DNA of 64,000 nt from Alistipes sp. (GCA_017501625.1 JAFVWO010000102.1:2954-66953); one strand, 5' to 3'; shown: positions 47,912-58,128, numbered from the stretch's first letter. Translations and numbers: made by a program. Notes: generated by a model from the letters alone, not told the origin.

Positions 47912-49300
47912 ATGAATAAATTTAGCTCGATAAATAATAAGGCGATTGTACTCTGCTTTGCTGTGCTACATTTTGGGGTGGCGCTGCTATCAAGAGCATT
48001 GGATTATTATGACGATATTCCGCTGACAATACTCACTATCACAATGGTTATCGTTGTGTCGATGCGCAACAACACACGAGTTGAGATGATGGCAGTGTTG
48101 ACACTTGTAGTAACGCTCTTGGGCTTTATATTCGGGTCGTGGCTATGGGAGCCAATAACGCATGTCATTGAGAATGACACTCTTGCACCGGCAATATCTA
48201 CGTTTCTTATCACCACGATATTAGGCTTGGCAACTGATAGTATAACACAGCGCGTAAAGCGCATGCAAAGTAGCGATAAAAGACACGGCATAACACCCCA
48301 CAACATTGTTATCGTGGCCATATCCATACTCATTTTGAGAATGGTATACGTAGCCATGGATAGGGCCGAGATATTCACCGAGGGAATGTTACTTTCGCAC
48401 ATGCTGAGAGTGGTAGGCAACATTTGGGCTCTACTGCTGTTGTTGGCAGGTAATATAATCCTTACGATTACCATCTCGCGACACTCCGGGACAGACAACA
48501 AAACGGCCAAGTTTACAACCCTCATATTAGGTATATCGACCCTCGCGATACCTACCCTGTCGGCCTCGCTGATATACTTCGATGCACCCTACTTTTCGAG
48601 CCCGGGGAACAGCCTCGAGGAGTTCATTCGCACGCTCTCCGCAGCACTGCTCATTGACCTGATAATCATAACTATATGCTACATGATACAGGCGGCCATG
48701 GAGTCACATAGAGCCTTACGCGAGGAGCGCGAGATGAAGCACCGCACGGAGTATCAATATGAGCGTCTGAAGCAGCAGATAAACCCACATTTTTTGTTCA
48801 ACTCGTTAGGCATCCTCGACTACCTCGTTCAGGAGCACGAGACGGAGCGTGCAAGTGCCTTTATACGTAAACTTGCAGGCACGTATCGATACATGCTGAG
48901 CAACGACAACAAACCACTTGTCAAGTTAAGCGAGGAGATAGAGTTCACAACGAAATATATCGATTTATTGAAGGAGCGCTTCATCGAGGGAATGGTTGTT
49001 GAATGGGACATAGACAAGGAACTTTTGAACAAGATGGTCGTACCCTGCGCACTCCAACTTTTGGTTGAAAATGCCACAAAACACAACATCGTGAGCGGCG
49101 ACACTCCGCTACGGATAAATATAGCGACGGAGGGCGACCTTTTAGTCGTTACAAACAACCTCCAACTACGCACCCATGGACAGCCGTCGACACACCTCGG
49201 CTTGGCAAACATACGTCGCCAATATCTCGACATCACAGGTCGTGAGATAAGCATCGTAAAGAGCGATAAAGAATTTATAGTAAAACTCCCGATAGTATGA
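47912..49300 (+). CDS. LytS-type multi-TM sensor histidine kinase
   Basis: LKQQINPHFLFNSL, LSEEIEF...Y..LLKERF, LQLLVENATKHN, GLANIRRQY; about 8 N-terminal TM segments. Confidence 0.92.
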   Translation: MNKFSSINNKAIVLCFAVLHFGVALLSRALDYYDDIPLTILTITMVIVVSMRNNTRVEMMAVLTLVVTLLGFIFGSWLWEPITHVIENDTLAPAISTFLITTILGLATDSITQRVKRMQSSDKRHGITPHNIVIVAISILILRMVYVAMDRAEIFTEGMLLSHMLRVVGNIWALLLLLAGNIILTITISRHSGTDNKTAKFTTLILGISTLAIPTLSASLIYFDAPYFSSPGNSLEEFIRTLSAALLIDLIIITICYMIQAAMESHRALREEREMKHRTEYQYERLKQQINPHFLFNSLGILDYLVQEHETERASAFIRKLAGTYRYMLSNDNKPLVKLSEEIEFTTKYIDLLKERFIEGMVVEWDIDKELLNKMVVPCALQLLVENATKHNIVSGDTPLRINIATEGDLLVVTNNLQLRTHGQPSTHLGLANIRRQYLDITGREISIVKSDKEFIVKLPIV

Positions 49301-50073
49301 TAAAAGTGCTCATCGTAGAGGACGAGATCCCTGCGCAGATAAACCTCAAAAAACTCATAGACAAGTGTTGTCCCGACAGCCGCGTTGTGATGACACTCAG
49401 CTCGGTGCGTTCAACGATAAAGTGGATAGAGGAGAACCCCGATGGTGCAGACGTAATATTCATGGACGTAGAACTCTCCGATGGCGTATGTTTCGACATC
49501 TTCGAGCAAGCAAACGTCACTTCGGAGGTAATCATAACTACGGCATACGACAACTATGCCGTCAACGCCTTCAAGATTCACAGCGTAGACTATCTGCTAA
49601 AGCCTATCGAGGAGGCTGCGCTAAAGCGTGCATGGGAGCGCTGTAGAGAGCGCCTCGAACAACACACCTCGCCGAGCATAGAGACCCTCATCGACATTGT
49701 CACCAAGGCCGGAGCACCGAAAGACAAGGAGTACAAAAAGCGATTTATCGTCAAGACCGGCGAGAAGATTATAATCATCCCGACGGAGGAGATAGCATAC
49801 TGCTATTCGGAGGATAAAAGTACCTACGCCATCTGTCGCAACGGCACACGCCGACTCCTTGACTACTCGTTAGACACGGTGCAAGAGATGCTCGACCCAA
49901 AGATATTCTTCCGCATATCACGTAGCTATATCGTTGCGATAAATTCGATAGAAAACATATCGAAACACTTGGGCACACGACTAAAGCTGCAACTATCGCC
50001 TCGCTCCGAGGAGGATGTTGTCGTTAGTCGCAGCCGCACGTCGGACTTCTTGGAGTGGCTCGACAACAACTAA
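49297..50073 (+). CDS. LytTR family response regulator
   Basis: IVEDE, FMDVELSDG, TTAYDNYA..AF, YLLKP receiver; FFRISRSYIV, VSRSR LytTR domain; ATGA overlap with the kinase. Confidence 0.95.
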   Translation: MIKVLIVEDEIPAQINLKKLIDKCCPDSRVVMTLSSVRSTIKWIEENPDGADVIFMDVELSDGVCFDIFEQANVTSEVIITTAYDNYAVNAFKIHSVDYLLKPIEEAALKRAWERCRERLEQHTSPSIETLIDIVTKAGAPKDKEYKKRFIVKTGEKIIIIPTEEIAYCYSEDKSTYAICRNGTRRLLDYSLDTVQEMLDPKIFFRISRSYIVAINSIENISKHLGTRLKLQLSPRSEEDVVVSRSRTSDFLEWLDNN

Positions 50074-50161
50074 GAGTAGAATCATAGCGCAGAATATCGA
50101 ACAAAAGAGGGTGTAGGGCGTATTTTTTTGAACATTCTGCGCTTTTATTATATATTTTTTG

Positions 50162-50169
50162 TATATTTG
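50162..50169 (+). promoter_or_regulatory. Bacteroidetes -7 element (TATATTTG) for wza-wzc
   Basis: Matches TAnnTTTG. Confidence 0.6.
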
Positions 50170-50266
50170 CAAAAATTTTACCCAACGTACAATCATGATT
50201 GGTGTATGAGAGGATGATATTTTGGGGTTGGGTGTGAAAGTTTTGAGACAAATACACAAAAAAGAT

Positions 50267-51076
50267 ATGAGATACTACAAATTATTACTAATCGGATTAG
50301 TAGTGCTACTTAGCGCATGTAACGCACAGCGTAAGGTGCTCTACCTTCAGGACGTGGAGAGTGGCTCGGAGATAACCATTCCCGACAACTACGTCATTCG
50401 TCTTAAACCCTACGATCAGATTACCGTTGTTGTCAACAGCAAGAACCCCGAGTTGGCAGCTCCGTTTAACACCTCGACGAGCTACAATGGTCTGACAGGC
50501 GCTGTGGGAACCACCACATCAACATCAGCTACGCAGAATAGCCTTCAGATACTCACTGTCGACAGCGAGGGATGCATCACGATGCCCATCATCGGCGATG
50601 TGAAGGTTAGCGGTCTTACGCGCGAGGAGGCTGAGGCCAAGATTGAGAAGCTGATAATGGATGGCGAGTATATTGCCGACCCGAAGGTTCATGTACGCTT
50701 TGCCAAGCTCACCATATCTATCATCGGCGATGTAGCTAAGCCCGGCCGCTACGACATCAACAAAGACCAGCTTACGCTATTCGAGGCTTTGGCATTGGCC
50801 GGCGACCTCACCATTTATGGTGACCGTGAGAACGTGGCCGTCATCCGCGAGAAGGATGGCAAGAGCATTGTCACGAAGCTCGACCTGCGCTCACAGGATA
50901 TATTCTCGTCGCCATGCTTCTACATCGAGCAGAACGACGTAATCATCGTGAGCCCCAACAAATACAAGGCTGCGACATCAGAGATTAACGCAAACAGGTC
51001 GTTCTGGGTATCGCTTACCTCTACGGGTATATCATTGGCGACACTGCTACTAACAATCTTCACACTTAACAAGTAG
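50267..51076 (+). CDS. wza: Polysaccharide export lipoprotein
   Basis: Lipobox LSAC; YLQD, VDSEG.I.MP.IG, ALALAGDLTIYGDRENV, QNDVIIVSPN. Confidence 0.92.
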   Translation: MRYYKLLLIGLVVLLSACNAQRKVLYLQDVESGSEITIPDNYVIRLKPYDQITVVVNSKNPELAAPFNTSTSYNGLTGAVGTTTSTSATQNSLQILTVDSEGCITMPIIGDVKVSGLTREEAEAKIEKLIMDGEYIADPKVHVRFAKLTISIIGDVAKPGRYDINKDQLTLFEALALAGDLTIYGDRENVAVIREKDGKSIVTKLDLRSQDIFSSPCFYIEQNDVIIVSPNKYKAATSEINANRSFWVSLTSTGISLATLLLTIFTLNK

Positions 51077-51099
51077 TTACACAAACAAACAGATAAACT

Positions 51100-53517
51100 A
51101 TGTCGGAGTATACAAATACACAGCAGACAACTACCGAAACTAAGGGTAGTGGCCTCACGCTCAACGACCTACTACAATTAGCGCTATCGAATTGGTATTG
51201 GTTTATCGTATCGATACTCTTATGTGGTGGCGTAGCATTCTTCTATCTGCACAGCACAGCTCCCACATACCAGCGCACGGCGACAATCCTTGTCAAGGAC
51301 TCGCGCAAAGGCTCTGGTGCGGAGGTTACCGCCTTCAACGACATCCTTGGAGGCATAGGTCGTCGTTCTGCAGAGAATGAGGTACATATCCTCCAGTCGC
51401 GCAAGCTCATGGAGCATGTTGTCGAGAAATACGACCTCGCAACAACCTATACCACCGAGGGCAGCATACGCACCTCAGATATCTATGGACGTACACCTCT
51501 GTTGGTTAAGTTCCTCACAGCACAGCCCTCTGATTTCGGAACATTCCAGTATAAGATTAACAAGGCCGGTGAGGTTGCTCTCTACGAATTTCAGAACGAG
51601 GATGGTCCTATCGGGGACTCTGATGCACGCATCAAGATGCACGTGGGCGACACCATAACGACACCGCTCGGTAATATTACGTTGATTGCTACGCCGTACC
51701 TCGATCAATATATAAACAAGGAGGTTACGGTTACTAAGATACCTCAGAACGAGGCTACGGAGATATACCGCAAGCGCCTAAGCTGCCAGATTGCCGATAA
51801 GTTGGCTTCGGTTATCGCTATCTCGATGACCGATCAGGTGCCCCTGCGTGCCGAGCATGTCATCAACGGCATCATCGATGCATACAATGCCGATGCTATC
51901 GACGACAAGCGTGCCATCTCGGATCTTACACAGGAGTTTATCACCGAGCGTCTTGCATCGCTCAGCGAAGAGCTTAACCTTGCCGATAGCGACATCGCGA
52001 CGTTTAAGCAGGAGAACCGCCTTTACAGCCCTGAGAACGAGGTTCTTCTTGGTGCCGAGGAGATAAAGCAGTTGCGCAAGGATGCCCTTTCGTTGGAGGC
52101 CAACAGAGAGATGGCGGAGTACATTCTCGCCTACATTCGCGATGTGGACAACCCCAACGCCCTCATCCCCGCAGCTACGGTTTCGATGAGTGGCGCTTCG
52201 TCGGCTCTTGCAACACAGATTGGTCAGTACAACGAGAACGTACTGCAGTATGACCGTCTGCGCTCGTCATCGTCGCAGAGCAACCCCATCATCACCGACC
52301 TCGAGGCTCAGCTTGCCGACGTGCGCAAGGCTATTGAGTCGTCACTCGAGTCGCACATCGAGGGTCTCAACCTCCAGATTGAGCAGGTAAACCGCCAGCA
52401 GAATATCGCCGACAACAAGATGCACAGCTCACCCACGAAGGAGAAGGAGTTGCTATCGAAGGCTCGCCAGCAGAAGGTTAAGGAGGAGCTCTACATATAC
52501 CTTCTTACCAAGCTTGAGGAGAATGCCCTTGTTGGAGCTACTGCCGAGAGTAGTGCGCGCGTTATCGACCATGCCTATGGCAGCAACAAGCCTGTAAGCC
52601 CCAAAGGCTCGCTGATATACCTTATCGCTGTAGTCTTGGGCTTTGCCATACCCTTCGCTATCATCTACATTCGCGAGATGCTTAACACTACGGTACGTTC
52701 ACGTCGCGATGTAGAGGAGGCCTTGACAGCACCCTACCTTGGCGATGTACCTAAGGTTAACGGTAAGATACATGACAACATCATCGTTAAGGAGGATGGT
52801 CGTGATGCTATCTCGGAGGCCTTCCGCATGATACGCACAAACCTTAACTTCATGTCTATAGACAATAAGATTAAGGTGTTGATGTGTACCTCGTCGATAC
52901 CACATAGCGGCAAGACATTCATATCGCTCAACCTTGCAGCTACGCTCGCAGCATCGGGCAAGCGCACCGTTGTAGTCGACATTGACCTACGTCGTCGCAC
53001 GCTCACAAAGAGCATGGGACACCGCAATAATCGTCGTGGTCTTACGGGATATCTCACAAACAACATAGGCTCGATTAACGACATCATAAACAAGAGCGAG
53101 GTGTCGCCTAACTTAGACTTTATCTTCGCAGGTCCTCAGCCCCCCAACCCCACTGAGATGCTTATGTCTCAGCGCATGGAGGACTTCATGAATGAGCTGC
53201 GCGAGCGCTACGACTATGTCATCATTGATAGCACCCCTGCATTTGCAGTTGCCGATGCTATCATCACGGATAGACTCGTTGACCTCACCGTATACGTAAT
53301 ACGTCAGGGCAACCTCGACCGTCGTCATCTTCCCGACATCGAGGCTCTCTACCGCGAGAAGAAGTTCCACAACCTCAGCATCGTACTCAATGCTGTCACC
53401 TACGACAGACGTACCGGAGGTATGGGCTACGGCTATGACTACTACAAGAGCCCCAACGAGAAGAATCCCGTGAAGCGTTGCTGGAATAGTGTTTGTAAAC
53501 CATTCTCAAAGAAGTAG
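51100..53517 (+). CDS. wzc: Polysaccharide co-polymerase / tyrosine autokinase
   Basis: Two TMs, EAFRMIRTNL, Walker A SSIPHSGKT, DIDLR, PPNPTE, YVIIDSTP, C-terminal GYGYDYY. Confidence 0.94.
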   Translation: MSEYTNTQQTTTETKGSGLTLNDLLQLALSNWYWFIVSILLCGGVAFFYLHSTAPTYQRTATILVKDSRKGSGAEVTAFNDILGGIGRRSAENEVHILQSRKLMEHVVEKYDLATTYTTEGSIRTSDIYGRTPLLVKFLTAQPSDFGTFQYKINKAGEVALYEFQNEDGPIGDSDARIKMHVGDTITTPLGNITLIATPYLDQYINKEVTVTKIPQNEATEIYRKRLSCQIADKLASVIAISMTDQVPLRAEHVINGIIDAYNADAIDDKRAISDLTQEFITERLASLSEELNLADSDIATFKQENRLYSPENEVLLGAEEIKQLRKDALSLEANREMAEYILAYIRDVDNPNALIPAATVSMSGASSALATQIGQYNENVLQYDRLRSSSSQSNPIITDLEAQLADVRKAIESSLESHIEGLNLQIEQVNRQQNIADNKMHSSPTKEKELLSKARQQKVKEELYIYLLTKLEENALVGATAESSARVIDHAYGSNKPVSPKGSLIYLIAVVLGFAIPFAIIYIREMLNTTVRSRRDVEEALTAPYLGDVPKVNGKIHDNIIVKEDGRDAISEAFRMIRTNLNFMSIDNKIKVLMCTSSIPHSGKTFISLNLAATLAASGKRTVVVDIDLRRRTLTKSMGHRNNRRGLTGYLTNNIGSINDIINKSEVSPNLDFIFAGPQPPNPTEMLMSQRMEDFMNELRERYDYVIIDSTPAFAVADAIITDRLVDLTVYVIRQGNLDRRHLPDIEALYREKKFHNLSIVLNAVTYDRRTGGMGYGYDYYKSPNEKNPVKRCWNSVCKPFSKK

Positions 53518-53520
53518 TAT

Positions 53521-53919
53521 ATGGTAAGAATCGCGGGCAATAATTTGATTGTTGCTGTCGACTTTGACGGCACGTGTGTCGAGCACGAGTACCCCGCTGT
53601 GGGTATGGATGTGGAGGGCGCTGTGGATGTGTTGCGCGCTCTAAACAAGAGGGGACACAAAATCATCCTCTTCACCATGCGCTCGGGGGCTAAGTTGGAG
53701 GCAGCAATTAAGTGGTTCCGCGACCGAAAGATTGAACTATGGGGTGTAAACGAAAACCCCGAGCAGAAGGCGTGGACAACATCGCCGAAGGTTTATGCCG
53801 ATATATATATCGACGATGCAGCCCTCGGCTGTCCTGTGACTTTCATCGACGGTGCTCGATACCCGGTAGTCAATTGGAGTAAGATCCGTGCGCTACTCGA
53901 ATACGACAAGGTATTGTAA
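53521..53919 (+). CDS. Small HAD-superfamily phosphatase (BT0820-like)
   Basis: AVDFDGT.VEH.YP, ILFTMR, VNENP, SPKVYADIYIDD. Confidence 0.85.
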   Translation: MVRIAGNNLIVAVDFDGTCVEHEYPAVGMDVEGAVDVLRALNKRGHKIILFTMRSGAKLEAAIKWFRDRKIELWGVNENPEQKAWTTSPKVYADIYIDDAALGCPVTFIDGARYPVVNWSKIRALLEYDKVL

Positions 53920-53934
53920 AAGCCAAAAGCATTT

Positions 53935-53970
53935 AAGGGAGTGTCTGACAAGTTGCAGACACTCCTTTTT
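53935..53970 (+). terminator. Intrinsic terminator
   Basis: ggagtgtctg-acaagttg-cagacactcc followed by ttttt. Confidence 0.85.
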
Positions 53971-53988
53971 ATAGTTAGGTATGGGGGG

Positions 53989-54042
53989 TAGTGAATTTAG
54001 TGAGATTAAAGAGTTTAGGGAGTATAAGGAATTTAAGGATTA
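53989..54042 (+). repeat. Degenerate 9-bp tandem repeat, 6 units
   Basis: tagtgaatt tagtgagat taaagagtt tagggagta taaggaatt taaggatta. Confidence 0.75.
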
Positions 54043-54087
54043 TTCACATTCAACGCCCTAACCACAACCTACCGAGTTACAATGCCC

Positions 54088-54343
54088 AATTTATTGTCAG
54101 AGTGGTGCAGTAGTGGCGCTGATATAAAAAAGCCATGGATGGATAGTACTTGGCGTACATTCCACTGATAGTACTTTTTGTTAGCGGCAGCAGATGCCGC
54201 CTTACATCTCCAGCAATTTGTTGCGAGAAGGTATTAGATACAACGCTCGGCGAATTTCGAGGCGATGGGCTGTACTAAAGCGTACTGCCCATTGACGAGA
54301 TAATTCGTTAGCGGCAGCAGATGCTGCCTTTTCACAACAAATT
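54088..54343. mobile_element. Two tandem copies of palindromic element B (54088-54218 degenerate; 54215-54343 with TIRs)
   Basis: Both contain gttagcggcagcagatgc(c/t)gcctt and a central gtac-N5/6-gtac; second copy TIRs aatttgttgcgagaagg / ccttttcacaacaaatt (15/17 match). Confidence 0.75.
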
Positions 54344-54346
54344 AAA

Positions 54347-55042
54347 TTAAGAGGCGAGGGTACAATAATGACGATACTTTCCCATAACCTCGTTGACGTA
54401 GTGCAACGTCTGCCCGCTACCCGTAAACTTGCCATTCTTAACTACATCAAGTTCATAGTAGGCGGGATCGGACTTAAGCTGTAGATAGCGGCTTACATCG
54501 GCCCATGAGTTAGGGTTAGCACCCTCGTAACGTGCAAGGCGTCGAGCATCAAGAACGTGGCCAATGCCTGCGTTATAGCTGGCAAGGATGATGCTTAGAC
54601 GGTCCTCCGTAGGTGTGCTCTGCGGCATGCGAAGCATGGTATCGAGCTCCGAAAGAAGCATGCCGGCAAGACGAATATTTGTCTCCGTGTCGCTTATATC
54701 CTCTACAGGCACATTAAAATGACGAGCCACGACGGGGCGTATCTGCATGATACCCATAGCCCCTCGCTTAGACTCTAAATTTTCAATAAAACGCGACTCG
54801 CTATAGGCAATAGCGCTCATGAGTCGCCAATCTTGTCCCTCCTCGCAGCCGACCTTACGCATTATTGGGTCGAAGCGTGAGATGATACACGGCAGCTCGG
54901 CCGTCACGTCCATCTGCTCGTCGTTGGTGGGGGCGGGGACAGCGCTAAGGTCAATAGTCGTAGCAGGTGCCTTACCCTCGGTAGATTCGTATACGGCAAT
55001 GAAAGCCGTAAGAAGAATCAGAATAGATACTTTTTTTAACAT
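54347..55042 (-). CDS. Lytic transglycosylase (SLT domain, MltF C-terminal-like)
   Basis: DWRLMSAIAYSESRF, GAMGIMQ, LASYNAGIGHVLDAR. Confidence 0.92.
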   Translation of the reverse strand: MLKKVSILILLTAFIAVYESTEGKAPATTIDLSAVPAPTNDEQMDVTAELPCIISRFDPIMRKVGCEEGQDWRLMSAIAYSESRFIENLESKRGAMGIMQIRPVVARHFNVPVEDISDTETNIRLAGMLLSELDTMLRMPQSTPTEDRLSIILASYNAGIGHVLDARRLARYEGANPNSWADVSRYLQLKSDPAYYELDVVKNGKFTGSGQTLHYVNEVMGKYRHYCTLAS

Positions 55043-55087
55043 CGTTTAGCAGTTTGTGGGCTGCTTATACGGGTACAGAACGCGCCG

Positions 55088-57271
55088 TTAGTCGTAGAAC
55101 GACCACGAGATTCCCATCTTAAACATTCGCGGGTTCATAGGATAGCGAGCAACTTGGAAGTACTCACCATTACCAAAGAGGCCCTCGTTTAGATGCTGGA
55201 ACTTAAGCAAAATCCTCATACGCTTCCACTTGGCCGACACAAAGGCATCGATGTAGGGATAACCTCCCACTCGTACATCGCGCTGATTGAAGAAGACCGA
55301 GAGTGCAGGGTTGTAGCTTGGAGCACGATAGGCCGTATTGAAGCGGCCATCCAAGCCTATCTGCACACGTAACACGTCGCGCTTGACCCAAAACTCGTAG
55401 TAGTACGAGAGGAAAGCGCTGAACGTAGGAACAGGAAGCACATGCTCATCGGACGAAATCTGTACCAATGCCCTGTGATCGAGATGGACTCCCGCGAAGC
55501 GGAAATCCTTGCGAGCGTACAAACTCGTGAGGCTCACCACACCCTTATGTTGCGTAACACGGCTGTTGGTGTCGTAGTAAATCATGTCGTTCATGACACC
55601 CTGCCATGCACCAACCTCGAGTGCAATATCGGGAACCGAGAAGTTCACCTCAAAACGAGTTTCAGACTCCTTGTTGAAGGAGTTAAACCACACATAGTGG
55701 TTTGAGAATAGATTCTCCTGCCAGTATCCCGGCGAGCGGAGTTCCTGACGGAAGCGTCCGGTGAGAATCAGCGGATGTTCGCGGATGAAGGCTCTAAGCG
55801 TAATGTCTGCATTAATATAGAGATCACCGCCACGATAGCCCGAGGGGTAGTACTTAACGTCGGCACCCCAATCGGCATATCGTTTAATCTTACCGCCCGT
55901 CGCGCCATATACGTACCACGACGTGCGCTTATCGCGTGTCATTTTACCACTGACGTAGTCTTCGAGACGGAGGTATGAGTAGGTATGAAGGTCGAGACCT
56001 ACACCACCATCAATCGTCGAGACAGCACCATTGCGATCCCACGGCTGCACCTGCACAAAGAGTTTGTTCGAGATTATGCGCTCCGAGATAGAGTCGCGCG
56101 TAGCTGAGGGGTCGATATACCAATGGTCGTAATACTCAAGGTCGCGCAGAGGCTCCCAGCGGTGAGTCTCCTCGTTGTAATGACCACGCTCGTTGGTATA
56201 GGTGCCATATTTGTCGGTGTAGACCTTCGACCATGTGTTATACTCAAACTGGTGTCCGAAGTATACTGCCGAGAGGTCGGCAATCGAGAAGTCGTACTCC
56301 GTGACGTGCTCCAAAGGTATGGCATAGGCCTGCTTCACAAAGAAAGAGTGGTTGCGATAGTGGTTGTGTGCCTCCGACGAGGCGAGGCGCATGGGCACAC
56401 CCGAGGGCATCTCAAATGTCGTATCGGCAATAGCCCACTCGCCCACAACACCACCATTCTCGCGGGTATCAATCATGTTGTGCATATAGGCTGCATGTAT
56501 TGAGTAGCGCTTACCCGTATGTGCCACACCCACCGAGAGGGCATGGTTCTTCGTACTCTGCCAATCGTACTGACCGCGCGTGCTGCGTGCCTTGTAGCTC
56601 ACATTTGCCGAGGTCGAAGGGTTGATATTCTGAGAGTGGACAAGCTCGAAGTGCTCCTCGCGGTAGCGCTTCTGTCCCGACTCCAAGTACATCATGTTCG
56701 TAAGCGGTGTCTTGCCATTATAGAAGAGCACATTGTCGATACGTGCCGTATATGCATCGTAGCTGCGGGCGAAGGTGAAATCGGGGCTCTGACGACGTTC
56801 AAACCAGTTCACCGGCTGCGTAGATTGACCCAAACCGCCAAGCGACATATCGCCCACGCCATTGCGGTAGAAGACGTAGTCAATGCGCCAATCGGCAAGT
56901 GTCGTATCGAGCGGTGCAATGTTCACACGGTTATAGTCGCGGTCGATGGTCCACTTCCAGTTTCGCAGGGCGCGAACTGTATCGCTGAAGTAGTACGACT
57001 CCAGAGGCTTCTTTTCGCGTTTTTTCTTCGTCTCGGTAGTGTCAACCTCACCCTCCATACCCTCTTCGCCATCCATACCCATGCCCATACCCATACCTTG
57101 GTCCATGCCCGGGAAGGTGGAACCACCCATGTTACCCATACCATTTCCCAACTGTCCTCCACGCTGAGCACGCTGGAGTGCAGCAGCGTCAATCTGTGCG
57201 TACGACACCGCGGGCAGCAATGATGCCACCACGAGAGCTACGACAGAGAGTATACGCTGCAACCTATTCAT
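55088..57271 (-). CDS. Bacteroidetes putative porin (Porin_10-like)
   Basis: Signal peptide ending AQ; ENGG motif; C-terminal VGGYPYIDAF...KFQH...YPMNPRMFKMGISWSFYD. Confidence 0.82.
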   Translation of the reverse strand: MNRLQRILSVVALVVASLLPAVSYAQIDAAALQRAQRGGQLGNGMGNMGGSTFPGMDQGMGMGMGMDGEEGMEGEVDTTETKKKREKKPLESYYFSDTVRALRNWKWTIDRDYNRVNIAPLDTTLADWRIDYVFYRNGVGDMSLGGLGQSTQPVNWFERRQSPDFTFARSYDAYTARIDNVLFYNGKTPLTNMMYLESGQKRYREEHFELVHSQNINPSTSANVSYKARSTRGQYDWQSTKNHALSVGVAHTGKRYSIHAAYMHNMIDTRENGGVVGEWAIADTTFEMPSGVPMRLASSEAHNHYRNHSFFVKQAYAIPLEHVTEYDFSIADLSAVYFGHQFEYNTWSKVYTDKYGTYTNERGHYNEETHRWEPLRDLEYYDHWYIDPSATRDSISERIISNKLFVQVQPWDRNGAVSTIDGGVGLDLHTYSYLRLEDYVSGKMTRDKRTSWYVYGATGGKIKRYADWGADVKYYPSGYRGGDLYINADITLRAFIREHPLILTGRFRQELRSPGYWQENLFSNHYVWFNSFNKESETRFEVNFSVPDIALEVGAWQGVMNDMIYYDTNSRVTQHKGVVSLTSLYARKDFRFAGVHLDHRALVQISSDEHVLPVPTFSAFLSYYYEFWVKRDVLRVQIGLDGRFNTAYRAPSYNPALSVFFNQRDVRVGGYPYIDAFVSAKWKRMRILLKFQHLNEGLFGNGEYFQVARYPMNPRMFKMGISWSFYD

Positions 57272-57279
57272 GATACGAA

Positions 57280-57996
57280 CTATGCTTTGCTCTTCGTGAG
57301 CAACCAACGAACAAGCGACGTTACGATATAGAGAACGATAATTGCCACAACGGAGTATGTCGGGCAGAAAATAATAAGCGCCAAGGCTACCGCCATAAAG
57401 GCATAGCGTAGGGCATTATCTTTGATGCCAAAACCCTTAAACTTAAGGGCAAACATGCGTATAGGGCTGATTAGGAGGTAGCACGACAGCACCGCAATGA
57501 TGAGTATATGCTCCTTCGAGAGGATGATATGCCCCTGCTGTGCTAACAGCGCCAACGAGATTAGCATCAAGGCATTGGCGGGTGTGGGTAGACCCTCAAA
57601 CTCGGCACTCTGCGTAGTATCTATGTTAAACTTCGCAAGGCGCAAAACCGAGAAGGCTGCAACGAGCAACACGACAACACCGAGCCACTGCATCATGACA
57701 TCGTTATGCACCCACTCTGCCGCAGCACCACGATAGAGGTCGAACATTACGAGCGCAGGCGCGACACCAAACGTCACGTCGTCGGCTAACGAGTCGAGCT
57801 CGACACCTAAGGGTGATTGCTGATTAAGGAGGCGTGCCACGAAGCCATCGAAGAAGTCGAATATGGCAGCTGCGACGATAAGCCACAGCGCTGTCTCATA
57901 GTCGTGGTAGTTGAGCGTGGCGATGATAGCCAACACTCCGGCCATGAGATTGGCTAACGTGAGCATATTAGGAAGTGTGAACAATCTAATCTTCAT
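57280..57996 (-). CDS. pssA: CDP-diacylglycerol--serine O-phosphatidyltransferase
   Basis: PNMLTLANL, DFFDGFVARLL...G.ELDSLAD.VTFGVAP, LRLAKFN, FEGLPTPA. Confidence 0.93.
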   Translation of the reverse strand: MKIRLFTLPNMLTLANLMAGVLAIIATLNYHDYETALWLIVAAAIFDFFDGFVARLLNQQSPLGVELDSLADDVTFGVAPALVMFDLYRGAAAEWVHNDVMMQWLGVVVLLVAAFSVLRLAKFNIDTTQSAEFEGLPTPANALMLISLALLAQQGHIILSKEHILIIAVLSCYLLISPIRMFALKFKGFGIKDNALRYAFMAVALALIIFCPTYSVVAIIVLYIVTSLVRWLLTKSKA

Positions 57997-58064
57997 GCGT
58001 TTACGTCAATTTGTCGGAGCATAAAAAAGAGCCCTCAGGCACTAAAAAAACTCCAAATATTTTG

Positions 58065-58091
58065 CAAAGATACAAAAAAATTTTATCTTTG
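58065..58091. promoter_or_regulatory. Back-to-back -7 elements for pssA (58065-58072, minus) and manC (58084-58091, plus)
   Basis: CAAAGATA and TATCTTTG, both TATCTTTG on their own strands. Confidence 0.65.
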
Positions 58092-58128
58092 TGTAAATTT
58101 ATTAAATTTATACAAAATTTCAGAGAGT

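Noticed and set aside
50074-50266. Invertible promoter upstream of wza
   Set aside because: No inverted repeats flank the -7 element and no recombinase gene is nearby.
53521-53919. HAD phosphatase as the missing kdsC
   Set aside because: Motifs fit the BT0820-like family rather than KdsC (DVDGVLTDG); it is 8 kb from the kds genes.
57070-57165. GMGMGM low-complexity stretch in the porin N-terminus
   Set aside because: Short flexible linker of a kind often seen in such proteins; in frame, no sign of phase variation.
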